A program made the translations under genes and the position numbers. Source: a virus (Duplodnaviria > Heunggongvirae > Uroviricota > Caudoviricetes). From it: 64,000 nt of DNA. The notes below the pieces were generated by a model. That model worked only from the letters and a program-made list of their open reading frames with translations. It did no database searches and was not told where the DNA came from. The DNA lies in IMG/VR virus record IMGVR_UViG_2690316311_000019; one strand, 5' to 3'. Below, in pieces: positions 20,385 through 30,497 of this stretch; within the stretch, counting starts at the first letter, position 1; the number at the start of each line of letters is the position of its first letter.

Positions 20385-21974
20385 TTACTTAATAAGCAGC
20401 GGTACGCCCTGGATACGACGGGCTACGCCAGTCGGGCAGCAGGCCCAGACTACTTCCCATTTATCGAATTCCGCCTGCGTAACTTTCAGCACATACGGTT
20501 CTGTACCGTCAGCATCAGGATCACGAGGAGCCACCAGAGCGCCGGAGGCGACAAAGCGATCTAAAAGTTTGGTCATCCCTTTAGTCAGGCCAGCCGCAGT
20601 AATACCGTCCGGGCTATGCTTCATCTGTCGGGCTAACTGGACAAAGAAACGGCTGATTGCATTCATCAGGGATGGGACGTGCTGGAAGTGCAGATAGTTA
20701 TCCTGCGTGCAGCAAGTTAAAGCATCGTCGATGATCATCTGGCCAGAGGTGCCAACAGATACTTTATTGAGACGGCCCTTGACCATTGCTTCTTCGTCCG
20801 GGGTATCTTCCGGATACAGCGGTTGAATTGACGCACGAGCAATGACGGCACGTTCTTCACCAGCCGGTGAGTAATGCCAACCGCCGACATCAGAGTTTTT
20901 CTTGACGCCACGAGCTTTCGCCGCATACGCCACGCCAGACAGACCAAAGACCACACGGGATTGGGTCCATTTGTCTTTGCAGGAGAACGGGTAGTGATAG
21001 ACAGCACAGCTTACATAATCGGTACCAAGTAAACCGGTATCTTCAACAGCAGAGAGCGCTTCCGTATACGTCAATGTCGGTTTGACATCAAAGAAGCCAT
21101 CAATCAGGCGATCAGAACAGATATTACCTAACGCGGTGATCGCCGCATTGTCATAGCAACCCAGGCCGAGAACAGCGGTGTACATGTACGGCGCATTGTT
21201 CAGCACCTTAACCGCACGCAGGTACGCAGCGGTTGAGATTTTCGACTGATCACCGTTGGTACCACCAGTGAACGCCAGCGATTTTTTATTTGTTACTTTC
21301 GCCGTCGAAATCAGCTCTTCATTAACAACCGCGCGCAGATATTTAGAACGGGCTTCCAGAGCCGTAGGCAGATAACACAAGCGGCCCATGTCATCTTTCG
21401 CTTCTTCCGCCAAAGACACAGTGTGTGTCTCCAGGGTCGTTACCACGCCGAGCGAAGTCGTCTGGGTCAGTTTTAAGAGGAAGCGTTCATTACCCGCGCT
21501 GTCCGCTGTTGCCGTTTCGATGGTTAACTCACGGGTAGGTGAAATACACGGATCACCATCATCAACGTAGATAGCAAAGGCTTCGCCACTATCAAGTTCA
21601 ATTTCAGAACCGTATGGCAACGCACTGTAAGCCGGTTCGCCTGATTCATCGAACATAATAATCGGGAACTTCGCATCATCCGGAACAGCACGAACAACAT
21701 AACCTGACGTTTGCTGAATAGCTTCGTATACATGGCGAATTGGTTCGAACTGTGAGCCGGAAGACGGCTTCAGCGGTTCGCCGAGAACATCTTTGTAATT
21801 GGACTCAGTAACCGCAAGAACAGTAAACGGCTTGCCACGCGCAAATACGCCAATACCAGCCCACAAGCTGCTATTTAATGCAACACCGGTAGATAACGTC
21901 GCATCGGCATTGATCGGGCTAACCGCGACGCCGGATGCATTACCTAATGACTGTTGAATTGAATATTGAGACAT
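20385..21974 (-). CDS. Large virion protein, candidate tail sheath
   Basis: 529-aa ORF with AGGGAA RBS; assignment from size and position next to the putative head gene. Confidence 0.4.
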   Translation of the reverse strand: MSQYSIQQSLGNASGVAVSPINADATLSTGVALNSSLWAGIGVFARGKPFTVLAVTESNYKDVLGEPLKPSSGSQFEPIRHVYEAIQQTSGYVVRAVPDDAKFPIIMFDESGEPAYSALPYGSEIELDSGEAFAIYVDDGDPCISPTRELTIETATADSAGNERFLLKLTQTTSLGVVTTLETHTVSLAEEAKDDMGRLCYLPTALEARSKYLRAVVNEELISTAKVTNKKSLAFTGGTNGDQSKISTAAYLRAVKVLNNAPYMYTAVLGLGCYDNAAITALGNICSDRLIDGFFDVKPTLTYTEALSAVEDTGLLGTDYVSCAVYHYPFSCKDKWTQSRVVFGLSGVAYAAKARGVKKNSDVGGWHYSPAGEERAVIARASIQPLYPEDTPDEEAMVKGRLNKVSVGTSGQMIIDDALTCCTQDNYLHFQHVPSLMNAISRFFVQLARQMKHSPDGITAAGLTKGMTKLLDRFVASGALVAPRDPDADGTEPYVLKVTQAEFDKWEVVWACCPTGVARRIQGVPLLIK

Positions 21975-22034
21975 AACTTTCCCTGTTATGCGCCCCGCAC
22001 GGGGGCGCTATGTTAAACGGAGAACTTCCCCTGA

Positions 22035-23741
22035 TTACTCAGAGTCACCGGCATCAATCGTGTCGCCGCTTATGAAGTTAAGCCCGCCTTTTTTGGCCAT
22101 TGTCAGCGTTACACGAGTGAAGTAATCAGCGCCGTTGCGTGGGTGCATATCGTTGATAGCCGAACCCCACAGTGTGGTACGGTTGACCAGCGCCGGAGTG
22201 GTCGGATGCTGGAACGGGATAGCCGGGACAGCATCACCAGTCACGAAGCCTGCTTTACCCGGATTTTCATCACGGACGTAGCACAGCACATCCATCGAGC
22301 TGAACTGAATGTTCTCTGTCGTTAAGTTCTTACAAATACCAGCAGGTACTTCGTACACTTTCACGTTACCGAACAGGGTACCGATGTAGTGAACATACGG
22401 AGTCTGGATATAGTCTTCGGCTGGCTGGAAGAAATCCTTCGGCAACTGTTTGAAGAAAGATGCTGCATCAGCACCAGCAAACATCCCCATCGCACCAGAA
22501 GATTTAACGCGCTCAATAATGTCGCGATATACAGTCTGGAATTTGCCACGAATGATGGTTGCCCATACATTAAAGGACTGGTTAACCGGCAGAGCGATGT
22601 CAAAGGTGTCGGTCGCAAGAGTACGCCAGATCATGATGCGAAGACGCAGCATATCCTGTTCATGAGACAGGTATTCCTTCAGGGTGCGGAACTGTAGGGA
22701 ACCCAGGTCCAGACCAAATTCACGCTGTGCTTCATACGCCGCCTGTACCGTGTGCTCAGCCGCGATAACGAACTGACTTGGGAACAGGGTGTATTTCTTC
22801 ATTTCGTGGTTGATCAGCGGGATCAGCTCAGGTGCGGCTTCAATATTGATTTCCGTCTCAATTGCGATCTCAGTGCCTTTATCCGGCGCTTTGGAGAACG
22901 ACAGGGCAATCTGACCAATGTTGTAGTTCAGAGAGCAGGTAACAGTGATTTGCTCACCAGCAGCATTAGTAAACGAGTGAAGTAGGCTGCCGGAACCGTT
23001 ATCAACAACAGACTTAATACGGTTAACGTAGATGTTAGTGCGACCTTTTCGGATTGGTACATTCTGGCCTTCGAAGTCTTCCATCTTGAAGGTTGCGGTT
23101 TTGCTGGTGCCATCGGAGCTTGCCACCAGCACATAGCGGCGACGTAACTGGCTGTACACACCAACGGATTGCATGTCCAGAACATCACCAGCAGCATAAG
23201 AACCAAAAGAGGAACCTGCCACGTTAAAGACTTCATAGATGTCGGACTGGTCACGCGTAACCGGAATGAAGGTACACGCATCAGCGGTAGCTGCCCCCAA
23301 CTGAACAGGCAGGATCATCGCGAGGAATAAAGGCAGACGCATAACACCGTCAGAAACGCTCATCATCTCTGCTGCGACGGATTCCAGCATCGCTTTATTA
23401 GTGGCATCCATGCTATTGCGGGTGGACTCAATCAGGCAGTTTTCCAGCGTCTGGTGGCAGGAGGCCAGAATTTCCGGACGCGGCATAGATTTATGTGCTG
23501 CGGCGTAGTCAGCCAGTGCACTTGCCCACGCTGTAGCGATTTGAGCGGTGGCATTATCAGAGATACCCGCAAAAACCGGGTCTTTACGTGCAGCTTCAAG
23601 GATAGATGCGGCACGCGCGGCATCATCTTTAATGAATTGGTTATCAGTACCGAACTGCGCAGTGCTTGCCCAGCCAAGCACAGCTTTAGAGCGTTTTGCG
23701 ATATCTGCAATACGATTCTGGTATTCGCGTAAGTTACTCAA
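22035..23741 (-). CDS. Large virion protein, candidate major head protein
   Basis: ORF 22035..23762; probable TTG start at 23741 after AGGAAG RBS; assignment by size and position adjacent to par. Confidence 0.4.
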   Translation of the reverse strand: MSNLREYQNRIADIAKRSKAVLGWASTAQFGTDNQFIKDDAARAASILEAARKDPVFAGISDNATAQIATAWASALADYAAAHKSMPRPEILASCHQTLENCLIESTRNSMDATNKAMLESVAAEMMSVSDGVMRLPLFLAMILPVQLGAATADACTFIPVTRDQSDIYEVFNVAGSSFGSYAAGDVLDMQSVGVYSQLRRRYVLVASSDGTSKTATFKMEDFEGQNVPIRKGRTNIYVNRIKSVVDNGSGSLLHSFTNAAGEQITVTCSLNYNIGQIALSFSKAPDKGTEIAIETEINIEAAPELIPLINHEMKKYTLFPSQFVIAAEHTVQAAYEAQREFGLDLGSLQFRTLKEYLSHEQDMLRLRIMIWRTLATDTFDIALPVNQSFNVWATIIRGKFQTVYRDIIERVKSSGAMGMFAGADAASFFKQLPKDFFQPAEDYIQTPYVHYIGTLFGNVKVYEVPAGICKNLTTENIQFSSMDVLCYVRDENPGKAGFVTGDAVPAIPFQHPTTPALVNRTTLWGSAINDMHPRNGADYFTRVTLTMAKKGGLNFISGDTIDAGDSE

Positions 23742-23874
23742 TTTACTCTTCCTTAAACACAAGGCACTTGTGTGAATCCCTTTTCGGAAGAGATTTTATT
23801 GAAAGTCACTTGTTGACTTTCTCGTGACAAGCAATTTTTTTATTTTTTCGGGAGTAGGGGAGGAAGGTAAAATC

Positions 23875-23968
23875 CAAGGTGAAATCGTGGCGATTTCACC
23901 TTGAAATTTTAGATGGATTTACTTTAAAAACAGTAGGTTAATAGTGAAATTTGAATGGCGAAAGTTTA
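23875..23968. other. parS: P1-type parS centromere
   Basis: Immediately downstream of parB: heptamer ATTTCAC/GTGAAAT boxes and hexamer TCGCCA/TGGCGA boxes (palindrome GGTGAAATCGTGGCGATTTCACC at 23878-23900; second box pair at 23945-23961) separated by an AT-rich putative IHF site. Confidence 0.6.
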
Positions 23969-24967
23969 AGGCTTCGGCTTTTTATCGAGGCTCTTTCTAA
24001 GGATATGCCCAATCATCCTGTCGAGTTCTTCCTGTAGCTCTTTTGAAAGTCGATTAAACTCATAAGAAAATGCACGGCCTTTCACGCGCTTCCTTGCAAA
24101 GCGATCCTTGTCCTCAAATTTCCATAATTCAGTAACTACGGACTTATCTTTAGAACCTTTATCCGTGAGTAGTGAGGCTTCCTTTGTTATCAAGCGCAGG
24201 ATTTTATTTTTAACTTCATCTTCGGCCATTTCTTCAATGGATAAGATGTCGTTTATTTCCGGGGATATGTTTTGAATAAGCTGATCAAACTCTAAATTCT
24301 TGTTCCCCATTTCGTCGCCAACAGCACAAAGCGTTTTGTAGTCCGAAAAGGTTAATTCCGACTGCACAGGGAAAAGGGCGACTAATTCTTCCGGAGCACT
24401 CGCTGCCTGGAGAGCACGCGTGACCTTAGCCTGAGACAGCCCTTCTTTGGCTGCAATATCCTTCTGACTCATCCCATCATTTTTCATTCGCATCAAACGC
24501 AGACCTATTTCTCGAATGCTGTGCTGCAATGCTGTCTGAACGTCTTTCGCTAAATTTTGCGCTTCCTGAACGCTGATCTCCTGGTCCGTGACTAAAACCC
24601 GCAACCCTACGTTCTCTAAGATGGCAGAAGCTCGACGCCGGGAACCATCCAAAATTTCAATTTTCCCTGTACCCCGTCTAACACCTATTGCAGGGTAAAA
24701 TTGCTGATGCTTAATAGTGCTTCGGATACTTTTTAATGATTTTGGCGTAAGAGATGCCTGGTCACGCCCGTTGTTATGCTGATCAACAAAGGTATCGCTT
24801 TCTACCTGGTTCGGAGGTATTACCTCTTCAATAAATGTGGCCTGGCGACCAGTTGATAACTTGAATACCTGCTCGACTCGATCGCCAGAGGCTGAAGAAC
24901 TATCAAATCCGCTTAATATTGAAGGATTAAGGGTTCGCCCAATTGTTGGTCTGTTTTTCTTTGACAT
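23966..24967 (-). CDS. parB: Partition protein ParB
   Basis: 333-aa ORF directly downstream of parA; ParB-like HTH region; P1 ParB-like length. Confidence 0.85.
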   Translation of the reverse strand: MSKKNRPTIGRTLNPSILSGFDSSSASGDRVEQVFKLSTGRQATFIEEVIPPNQVESDTFVDQHNNGRDQASLTPKSLKSIRSTIKHQQFYPAIGVRRGTGKIEILDGSRRRASAILENVGLRVLVTDQEISVQEAQNLAKDVQTALQHSIREIGLRLMRMKNDGMSQKDIAAKEGLSQAKVTRALQAASAPEELVALFPVQSELTFSDYKTLCAVGDEMGNKNLEFDQLIQNISPEINDILSIEEMAEDEVKNKILRLITKEASLLTDKGSKDKSVVTELWKFEDKDRFARKRVKGRAFSYEFNRLSKELQEELDRMIGHILRKSLDKKPKP

Positions 24968-24983
24968 GGGGGTTTCTTACTCC

Positions 24984-26180
24984 TCAGTTAGATCTGATAA
25001 ATTCAATACGGTCAAAAACTGCTTTAGCAAAATCTTCCGCGGCAATTCGCGCGTTCTTCAATGCATCAGCACTACCAACATACGTTGCCGGGTTAGCTGA
25101 AATAACAGTGTCAAAAGACTCGCCGCAACGTTCAAAACCGTCAAGGCGAGGGAGGACGACATCGAGCATATCCCCACCGAACACTTCTTTAGCCAGGCTA
25201 TGGCAATACTTATGATCTGCCTTGTTACTCAACTTGGACATAAAACCAATGTTAGTCGCAAGCTGGCACTCGCAGCCTTCATCCGAAATGAGTTTCACCA
25301 ACTCAGGAAGGCGGGCAACGTATTTAAGCGATGAGTGGAAATCGACAGTTGCTGGCGGCAGAGGTGTAAACAGTATATTGGCCGAGGCCAAAGCATTTTT
25401 CAGGAAGGCGTCAAGGTGAGGACCACTATCAACGAGGATAAAGTCATAATCGCTCTTCAGCTTATCAATCACATTTTCTTTCAGGACAGCATGGATGTTC
25501 TGACCCGGTAGATGCTCATTGCACAGCTCTCTCCAATCGGATGCAATAAAGGCATCGTCAATCGACGCAGGCATAACGTCAACCCCAGGTACAACAGAAG
25601 GAACAATAAACTCCTCTAACAGCTCTTCACGGCTTACATTCTGCAACATAGCCTGTGCAGATGTTGCGTTTACGATACCAATAGAGTGTTTATGGCTTAA
25701 AAACATCGTTGCTGAAGATTGCGGATCAAGGTCAATAACCAGAATCCTTAAATCTTCCATCAGAAGATGAGGGTGAGCACGCATTGCATGCGCCAGAGAA
25801 ACCGTCGATACAGTTTTTGACACACCGCCTTTAAGATTGGAGATGAAAATCACATACGCTTCGCTGTAGCGATCCCGGTATTTTGGCACTCCGCGATGTT
25901 CATATATGTCAATGATGTTCTGAATTGACATCGCATATTTCATTGAAGAGCCAGCAGGGCGTTTATCGAAAACATAACCCTTTTCTTCCATTTCACTTAC
26001 GGCATAGTCAACGTTCGCTCGAGTCAGTAGAGGCAATTTTGCCAGTGCCGCTTTCGCATAGACCTGGTAAAACTCGTTCGCGTGTAGCTCATCCTTTTGC
26101 AACTGTACTTGTTCAGTCAGAACATTGAGCATTCTGTTTGCTCTTTGAGCAACCTTGTGAAGCTGGCTGGAATCACTCAT
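24984..26180 (-). CDS. parA: Partition ATPase ParA (type Ia, with N-terminal regulatory domain)
   Basis: 398-aa ORF; deviant Walker A NLKGGVSKT, long N-terminal extension. Confidence 0.9.
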   Translation of the reverse strand: MSDSSQLHKVAQRANRMLNVLTEQVQLQKDELHANEFYQVYAKAALAKLPLLTRANVDYAVSEMEEKGYVFDKRPAGSSMKYAMSIQNIIDIYEHRGVPKYRDRYSEAYVIFISNLKGGVSKTVSTVSLAHAMRAHPHLLMEDLRILVIDLDPQSSATMFLSHKHSIGIVNATSAQAMLQNVSREELLEEFIVPSVVPGVDVMPASIDDAFIASDWRELCNEHLPGQNIHAVLKENVIDKLKSDYDFILVDSGPHLDAFLKNALASANILFTPLPPATVDFHSSLKYVARLPELVKLISDEGCECQLATNIGFMSKLSNKADHKYCHSLAKEVFGGDMLDVVLPRLDGFERCGESFDTVISANPATYVGSADALKNARIAAEDFAKAVFDRIEFIRSN

Positions 26181-26320
26181 CGAAAGTCATCCTTTATGCT
26201 GTATTTTTGAATTTAATTAAAAATGCTGCATAAAATAATAATGTATGCGTAGATGCTTGTACATGGCATTCTCTGCATGTTTTGTTCATTTTGCACGATT
26301 GAGAGTTACAAGAAAGGCAC

Positions 26321-26341
26321 AAAAAAGCCCCGTTCAGGGGC
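26321..26341 (-). terminator. Rho-independent terminator between upstream insert and the par promoter region
   Basis: GCCCC-TGAAC-GGGGC hairpin followed by TTTTTT on the minus strand, just after the stop of ORF 26349..26753. Confidence 0.5.
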
Positions 26342-26348
26342 ATCAGTG

Positions 26349-26753
26349 TTATTTGCTAAGAGCAGCGAATAATCGTTCGAAATCGATAGTATCTATAGCA
26401 CGCGTAAGCGCCGGAAGTTCAGCCTCAAAGTACCCGTGTCGATCGTAAAAGAAGGGACCGAAGAGCGAGGCATGTTGGATTCTACTTCGCCCCAGCCCGG
26501 ACACACAGTTAAGCCCATTACCGGCTAAAAGGCTAAAAAACTTCTCTGGATTATCGTGGTAAAGCTGAGAATCAATGGTGGCGGTTAACTCTTCCATAGG
26601 GAAGCACACCCGCCCTGTCTCCCAGGGATATTTAGTCCGAAGCATAAACATTGCTTTCAGCAATTCACATTGAGCGCGGATCGCGTCCGGTTCATAGCCA
26701 GATATGGAGACATAAGCCACGTCCCTCATTCCTGCGTCATCTTTGAAAGTCAC
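26349..26753 (-). CDS. Hypothetical protein (gene 2 of the incA-par insert)
   Basis: 134-aa ORF, no recognised domain. Confidence 0.45.
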   Translation of the reverse strand: MTFKDDAGMRDVAYVSISGYEPDAIRAQCELLKAMFMLRTKYPWETGRVCFPMEELTATIDSQLYHDNPEKFFSLLAGNGLNCVSGLGRSRIQHASLFGPFFYDRHGYFEAELPALTRAIDTIDFERLFAALSK

Positions 26754-26822
26754 GATAGAAGTAACATCCAGTTCTTTTTCGAAAGAGCGAGCAGCATCTA
26801 CTGGACGCTGAAGTAAATCATT

Positions 26823-27158
26823 CTACTTAATGCGCTCGAGAATCCCTCCCCACATATCATTTAGATATTCGATATGAGCCAAAACCTTATCAAGACACTC
26901 TCGTGTAAACCATTCAGTATGCCCGCCACCGGCGCTTTTCTCCCACGGCGCATTCCAGGGGAAAAAGGTTGCGTGTAAAGCCCGCTCAAGATTAACCATT
27001 GCCAAACGCGTACCACGATAGACCCGTGAAAGCGCAAAATCGGGACTCACTTGTAGCCCTTTAAACCGTGCCAATGGACCACATGAAATGCCGATTTTAA
27101 AAGTATCTCCGTTCTCCGGCACCAGAACGTAGAGGTAGTGTTGTTTCTCTTCTTGCAT
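26823..27158 (-). CDS. T5orf172/GIY-YIG-like domain protein (gene 1 of the incA-par insert)
   Basis: 111-aa ORF; YLYVLV...KIGIS...R...LERALHATF...TEWF resembles the T5orf172 (GIY-YIG-like) motif pattern. Confidence 0.5.
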   Translation of the reverse strand: MQEEKQHYLYVLVPENGDTFKIGISCGPLARFKGLQVSPDFALSRVYRGTRLAMVNLERALHATFFPWNAPWEKSAGGGHTEWFTRECLDKVLAHIEYLNDMWGGILERIK

Positions 27159-27184
27159 ATCAATACCACTGCTTGATGAGAACC

Positions 27185-27445
27185 GCGCAAATGTTGACTA
27201 TGCGCGAAAGTTAATGTGAATAGTTGACTATGCGCGATGTGACTACAGTCAAAAGTTGACTGTAGTCGATTTAACTCCACCAAAGATCGACTATGTAAGA
27301 TATTGTCGGGAGAAACGTTGACTATACGCGATGAAATGACCCTAAAAGCCATCTCAATAGCGACTTGCAGAATATTGACGCCAGCAAAAATCCACCAGCG
27401 TCAACGAATGTCGCCTATAGTCAACTTCTCGCTATCGCATATAGT
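27185..27445. repeat. incA-like iteron array downstream of repA
   Basis: About nine copies of GTTGACTATRCGCGA-type iterons in both orientations. Confidence 0.7.
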
Positions 27446-27450
27446 CAATA

Positions 27451-28335
27451 TTATGGATTGCGCTTATGGATCTGAAAGCCGATTTTCCTGCCGTTTTTTA
27501 TCTCTGAAAATTTAAGATATTCAATAGCTTCCAAATCTTTCATGGCTTTTCTGATAACGCTATTTTGCACGCTAACGGATGATTTGAGATTAAGCCTTGC
27601 TCTAAGGCGCTCAATGCTGACAGGTGCCGGGTTGGCGGGTAGAGCCTCAAAGAATGTATACAGTACCTTGGCCGTCTCTTTGCGCCCGAGCTTATCCAGC
27701 ATCTTCAGCTTCAGGATTCGCTTATAGTCAACATAGTAAAGTTCAGATAGCTGTTTCTGCGGCTGGATCTCGATAACATCAAGCTCGGTATTCAGGCTGC
27801 TATATGCCAACAAGTTGACGTTAATGTTATTGAGATGACCTTTTGCCGCCGGGAAGCGGAATTTGACAACTGTCTGCTGAATGCGTGTCAGAGAGTCATC
27901 AATACTTTTACGGAACGCCTTTGAAAGGCGCTTACGTGGATAGCCGCATCGATCGGCAAACTCGGAGAATGGCAGGGTGATTATGCCGTCATCATCAGGT
28001 GCGTAGTCAAACAACGCGGAGGTTATGCCCACCCACACCTTAAAATCAGTATCCATATCCAGGCGTGGACCATGAATTTCAATTCCCTCATAGCCTTCCT
28101 GCTCAACAATTTTGAGGCTTGATAGTTCTTCGGTTGCGTTCGTTGTGTTTGTAGTAACTGACGATCCGCGACGTAGTGCCACATTGGTAGATTTTAAGGT
28201 TGGCACAAACACACCTAAGCGCAACAAAGCAATGGGTTGTATAGTGCTATTGTTATTGGGTTTCAGGCTGTGGATTTCTCCTGTATTTCCTGCAACTTCT
28301 TCAACGCTAAGGAAGCCTTTATTTTCTTCCAGCAT
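27451..28335 (-). CDS. repA: Iteron-binding replication initiator RepA (P1 RepA-like, divergent)
   Basis: RepA-like motifs (QPIALLRLGVFVP, GPRLDMDTDFKVWVGI); flanked by iterons on both sides; start MLEENKG at 28335 preferred because the upstream extension overlaps the iterons. Confidence 0.8.
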   Translation of the reverse strand: MLEENKGFLSVEEVAGNTGEIHSLKPNNNSTIQPIALLRLGVFVPTLKSTNVALRRGSSVTTNTTNATEELSSLKIVEQEGYEGIEIHGPRLDMDTDFKVWVGITSALFDYAPDDDGIITLPFSEFADRCGYPRKRLSKAFRKSIDDSLTRIQQTVVKFRFPAAKGHLNNINVNLLAYSSLNTELDVIEIQPQKQLSELYYVDYKRILKLKMLDKLGRKETAKVLYTFFEALPANPAPVSIERLRARLNLKSSVSVQNSVIRKAMKDLEAIEYLKFSEIKNGRKIGFQIHKRNP

Positions 28336-28393
28336 CGTGGTTTCTCCATATGTGGCGCGGCCTGGCGTCATCTGGATTGCAGTTATCAACAAC

Positions 28394-28515
28394 TGTGAAT
28401 AGTCAGGCTCTAAAATCGCGTACAGTCAATGTTTCTGTCGCATATAGTCAACAATAAATCGCGTGCAGTCAACAATAAATCGTGCACAGTCAACATAAAA
28501 TCGCGTATAGTCAAT
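28394..28515. repeat. incC-like iteron array in the replication origin
   Basis: Five to six direct repeats of AATCGCGTRCAGTCAAC upstream of repA. Confidence 0.7.
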
Positions 28516-28517
28516 GT

Positions 28518-28626
28518 TGATCCCATTTCAGGCCAGAAATGGCGCGGCTTACAGCGATCCGGGATCTTCTTTGGATCTTCCTGGGTTCTCTTTAGGATCT
28601 GTTTATTGGATCTATGCTGTGGATAA
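28518..28626. other. oriR-like origin elements: GATC cluster and DnaA box
   Basis: GATC sites at 28518, 28555, 28563, 28574, 28596 and 28609; perfect DnaA box TTATCCACA (reverse) at 28618-28626. Confidence 0.65.
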
Positions 28627-28668
28627 GTTGAATAAACCGGCCAACATAGCCGGTTGGAAGGAAGGGTA

Positions 28669-29061
28669 TTATTCTACGCTTTCGATAAGAAGACCATGTT
28701 CATAACATTTAAGCTCATCGCCTTCGTACAGGAATTGGTATCCAATACCACCATTTTCATGGACATTAGGGAATAACTCATAACTCACTGAAGAGCAAAT
28801 CACACCAATGCAGCGATCAACGCCTTCTCGTTCTTCAGTGCTGAAAAAATCCTCTTCGGTAAGAACATGAGTACATTGCTCATCAGCATAGGTCGGAAAT
28901 ACATGCTCGATGCAATCCGGGTGTTTTAAACCAAGCTGATCGGCAAGCTCGAAAGCATGACGGTATTGTTCAGATCCTGGCTTGCCAACAGTGATGTGCT
29001 CAATTTTGTAGATTGAAGTCGCTTTGTTGATAGTTTGCTTTACTGTTACTTTATCAGACAT
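28669..29061 (-). CDS. Hypothetical protein
   Basis: 130-aa ORF. Confidence 0.45.
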   Translation of the reverse strand: MSDKVTVKQTINKATSIYKIEHITVGKPGSEQYRHAFELADQLGLKHPDCIEHVFPTYADEQCTHVLTEEDFFSTEEREGVDRCIGVICSSVSYELFPNVHENGGIGYQFLYEGDELKCYEHGLLIESVE

Positions 29062-29072
29062 AAAAATCCCTT

Positions 29073-29324
29073 TTAGTTACCGCTGATAGCGCGGTTGTAA
29101 TCATTAACGTTGCGATTCTTCCTGTTAATCCCCATCAGCATCGTTTCTGTATCGAGGATATACGCTGGCAGATCATCAAAATATTCACTGCTAAACTCTG
29201 GCATCCTGCACATAAACGCACTTTTGGGGGCAGGGTGGTTAACCTTTGTCGGCGTCGGCGTTAAATTCGCTGATCGACTCCCGGAGCAACCGCTGAGTGT
29301 CAGCAGGAATGCGCTGGCGAACAT
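29073..29324 (-). CDS. Small lipoprotein
   Basis: Lipobox LTLSGC; start uncertain (ORF extends to 29405). Confidence 0.45.
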   Translation of the reverse strand: MFASAFLLTLSGCSGSRSANLTPTPTKVNHPAPKSAFMCRMPEFSSEYFDDLPAYILDTETMLMGINRKNRNVNDYNRAISGN

Positions 29325-29688
29325 TACCCGCCGCAACCAGTTGTTTCTGAACTTCAGCTTTTCGTTCCATTTGCCTGTCAGCATATTTGGCTTGTTCTGA
29401 TTCATTTTTCACTTCCTGGCTGTGAAAATGTTGCTCTGCTTTGTTCATCGTCTCAATGGTCTGGTTAAGATCCATTATTGACTTATCACGTTCCTTAACA
29501 GCCTGATCAAGACTGCCAATTTTCTCCATGGCTTGCTTTAGCTGATGACGTTCCCATGCAAACCCAGCACCAACAAGTGCGCAAATCAGAACAAGAACAC
29601 CAGTAGCAGCAAGTTTCTCCTTCAAAGACAAAGCTGTTTTTAACGTAGAAAAGAATGACATGTCTTCCTCCTGAAGAAAAATTATCAA
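29239..29688 (-). CDS. Membrane-anchored coiled-coil protein
   Basis: 149-aa ORF with N-terminal TM segment; overlaps the lipoprotein ORF in another frame. Confidence 0.4.
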   Translation of the reverse strand: MIIFLQEEDMSFFSTLKTALSLKEKLAATGVLVLICALVGAGFAWERHQLKQAMEKIGSLDQAVKERDKSIMDLNQTIETMNKAEQHFHSQEVKNESEQAKYADRQMERKAEVQKQLVAAGNVRQRIPADTQRLLRESISEFNADADKG

Positions 29689-29700
29689 TGAAGTCCTTTG

Positions 29701-30489
29701 TTACCGTGCCGCTTTGTTTAATTCATCAAGAACAGAATCAGGAACCAAAGCGGCGACTGCGCTGGCTGTGCTGGCCTTATTTGCTGATGCTTCCGCAAGC
29801 GCGGTACCGATAGCATGGTTATAAGCAGTTATGGCTACGTTGGCGCTTTCATTCGCTCGTTCATACTGCTGTTGTAACGCAGTTGTGGGTGCTGTTGTCT
29901 GGTTGAAAACAACCCCAAACTGTTCAGTTGCTACTTTCAGAGATTCAATTTGCTCTTCTGTTAGTGCTGGTGGGGGAGTGGCAGTGCCGCCGCCTGAACC
30001 AGAGCCTGACGAGCTTTCTGAGCCAGTGTTAAGGGCCTGGTTAATCTCCCCCATTGCAGCGACTAAACTTGATGTATTAAGCGCGTTAACAGCGTCCTCA
30101 AGCGATTTAGTAATATTCACATCACCAATGGCAATAGAGATCGGCAGTTCTGAAACTTCTCGCTCATTAGCACGGCAGTAAACATCCCAACCAATATCGA
30201 GTTGAAGCAGCATTGACAGATCTGCATAACCAGCCAACAGGTCCGCGTGCTTAGTTGCCAGTTCTCCAATGTTCGTTAAGCCGGTTGTGGTTGTTCTGAT
30301 CGTTGAAACATAGCTGGTAATAGTGTCGGGATAGACAATTGTATCCAGAATTAATCCGGTCAATTCTTCTGCAAGCAGTTTTGCTGTGTTAGCACTGTTT
30401 CGTGCCGATGTTATGGCACCAGGTGTTTTCATCCCACCGGCGGCGGCCAATTTTTTATATGCGGATAACTGGTAGTCTTTTTCCAGCAT
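29701..30489 (-). CDS. Hypothetical protein
   Basis: ATG at 30489 with GGAGA RBS; Ser/Gly-rich linker. Confidence 0.45.
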   Translation of the reverse strand: MLEKDYQLSAYKKLAAAGGMKTPGAITSARNSANTAKLLAEELTGLILDTIVYPDTITSYVSTIRTTTTGLTNIGELATKHADLLAGYADLSMLLQLDIGWDVYCRANEREVSELPISIAIGDVNITKSLEDAVNALNTSSLVAAMGEINQALNTGSESSSGSGSGGGTATPPPALTEEQIESLKVATEQFGVVFNQTTAPTTALQQQYERANESANVAITAYNHAIGTALAEASANKASTASAVAALVPDSVLDELNKAAR

Positions 30490-30497
30490 GATATCTC

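Noticed and set aside
27185-28515. Iteron arrays as CRISPR or transposon ends
   Set aside because: 19-bp repeats in both orientations flank a RepA-type initiator with a DnaA box and GATC cluster, the architecture of a plasmid origin
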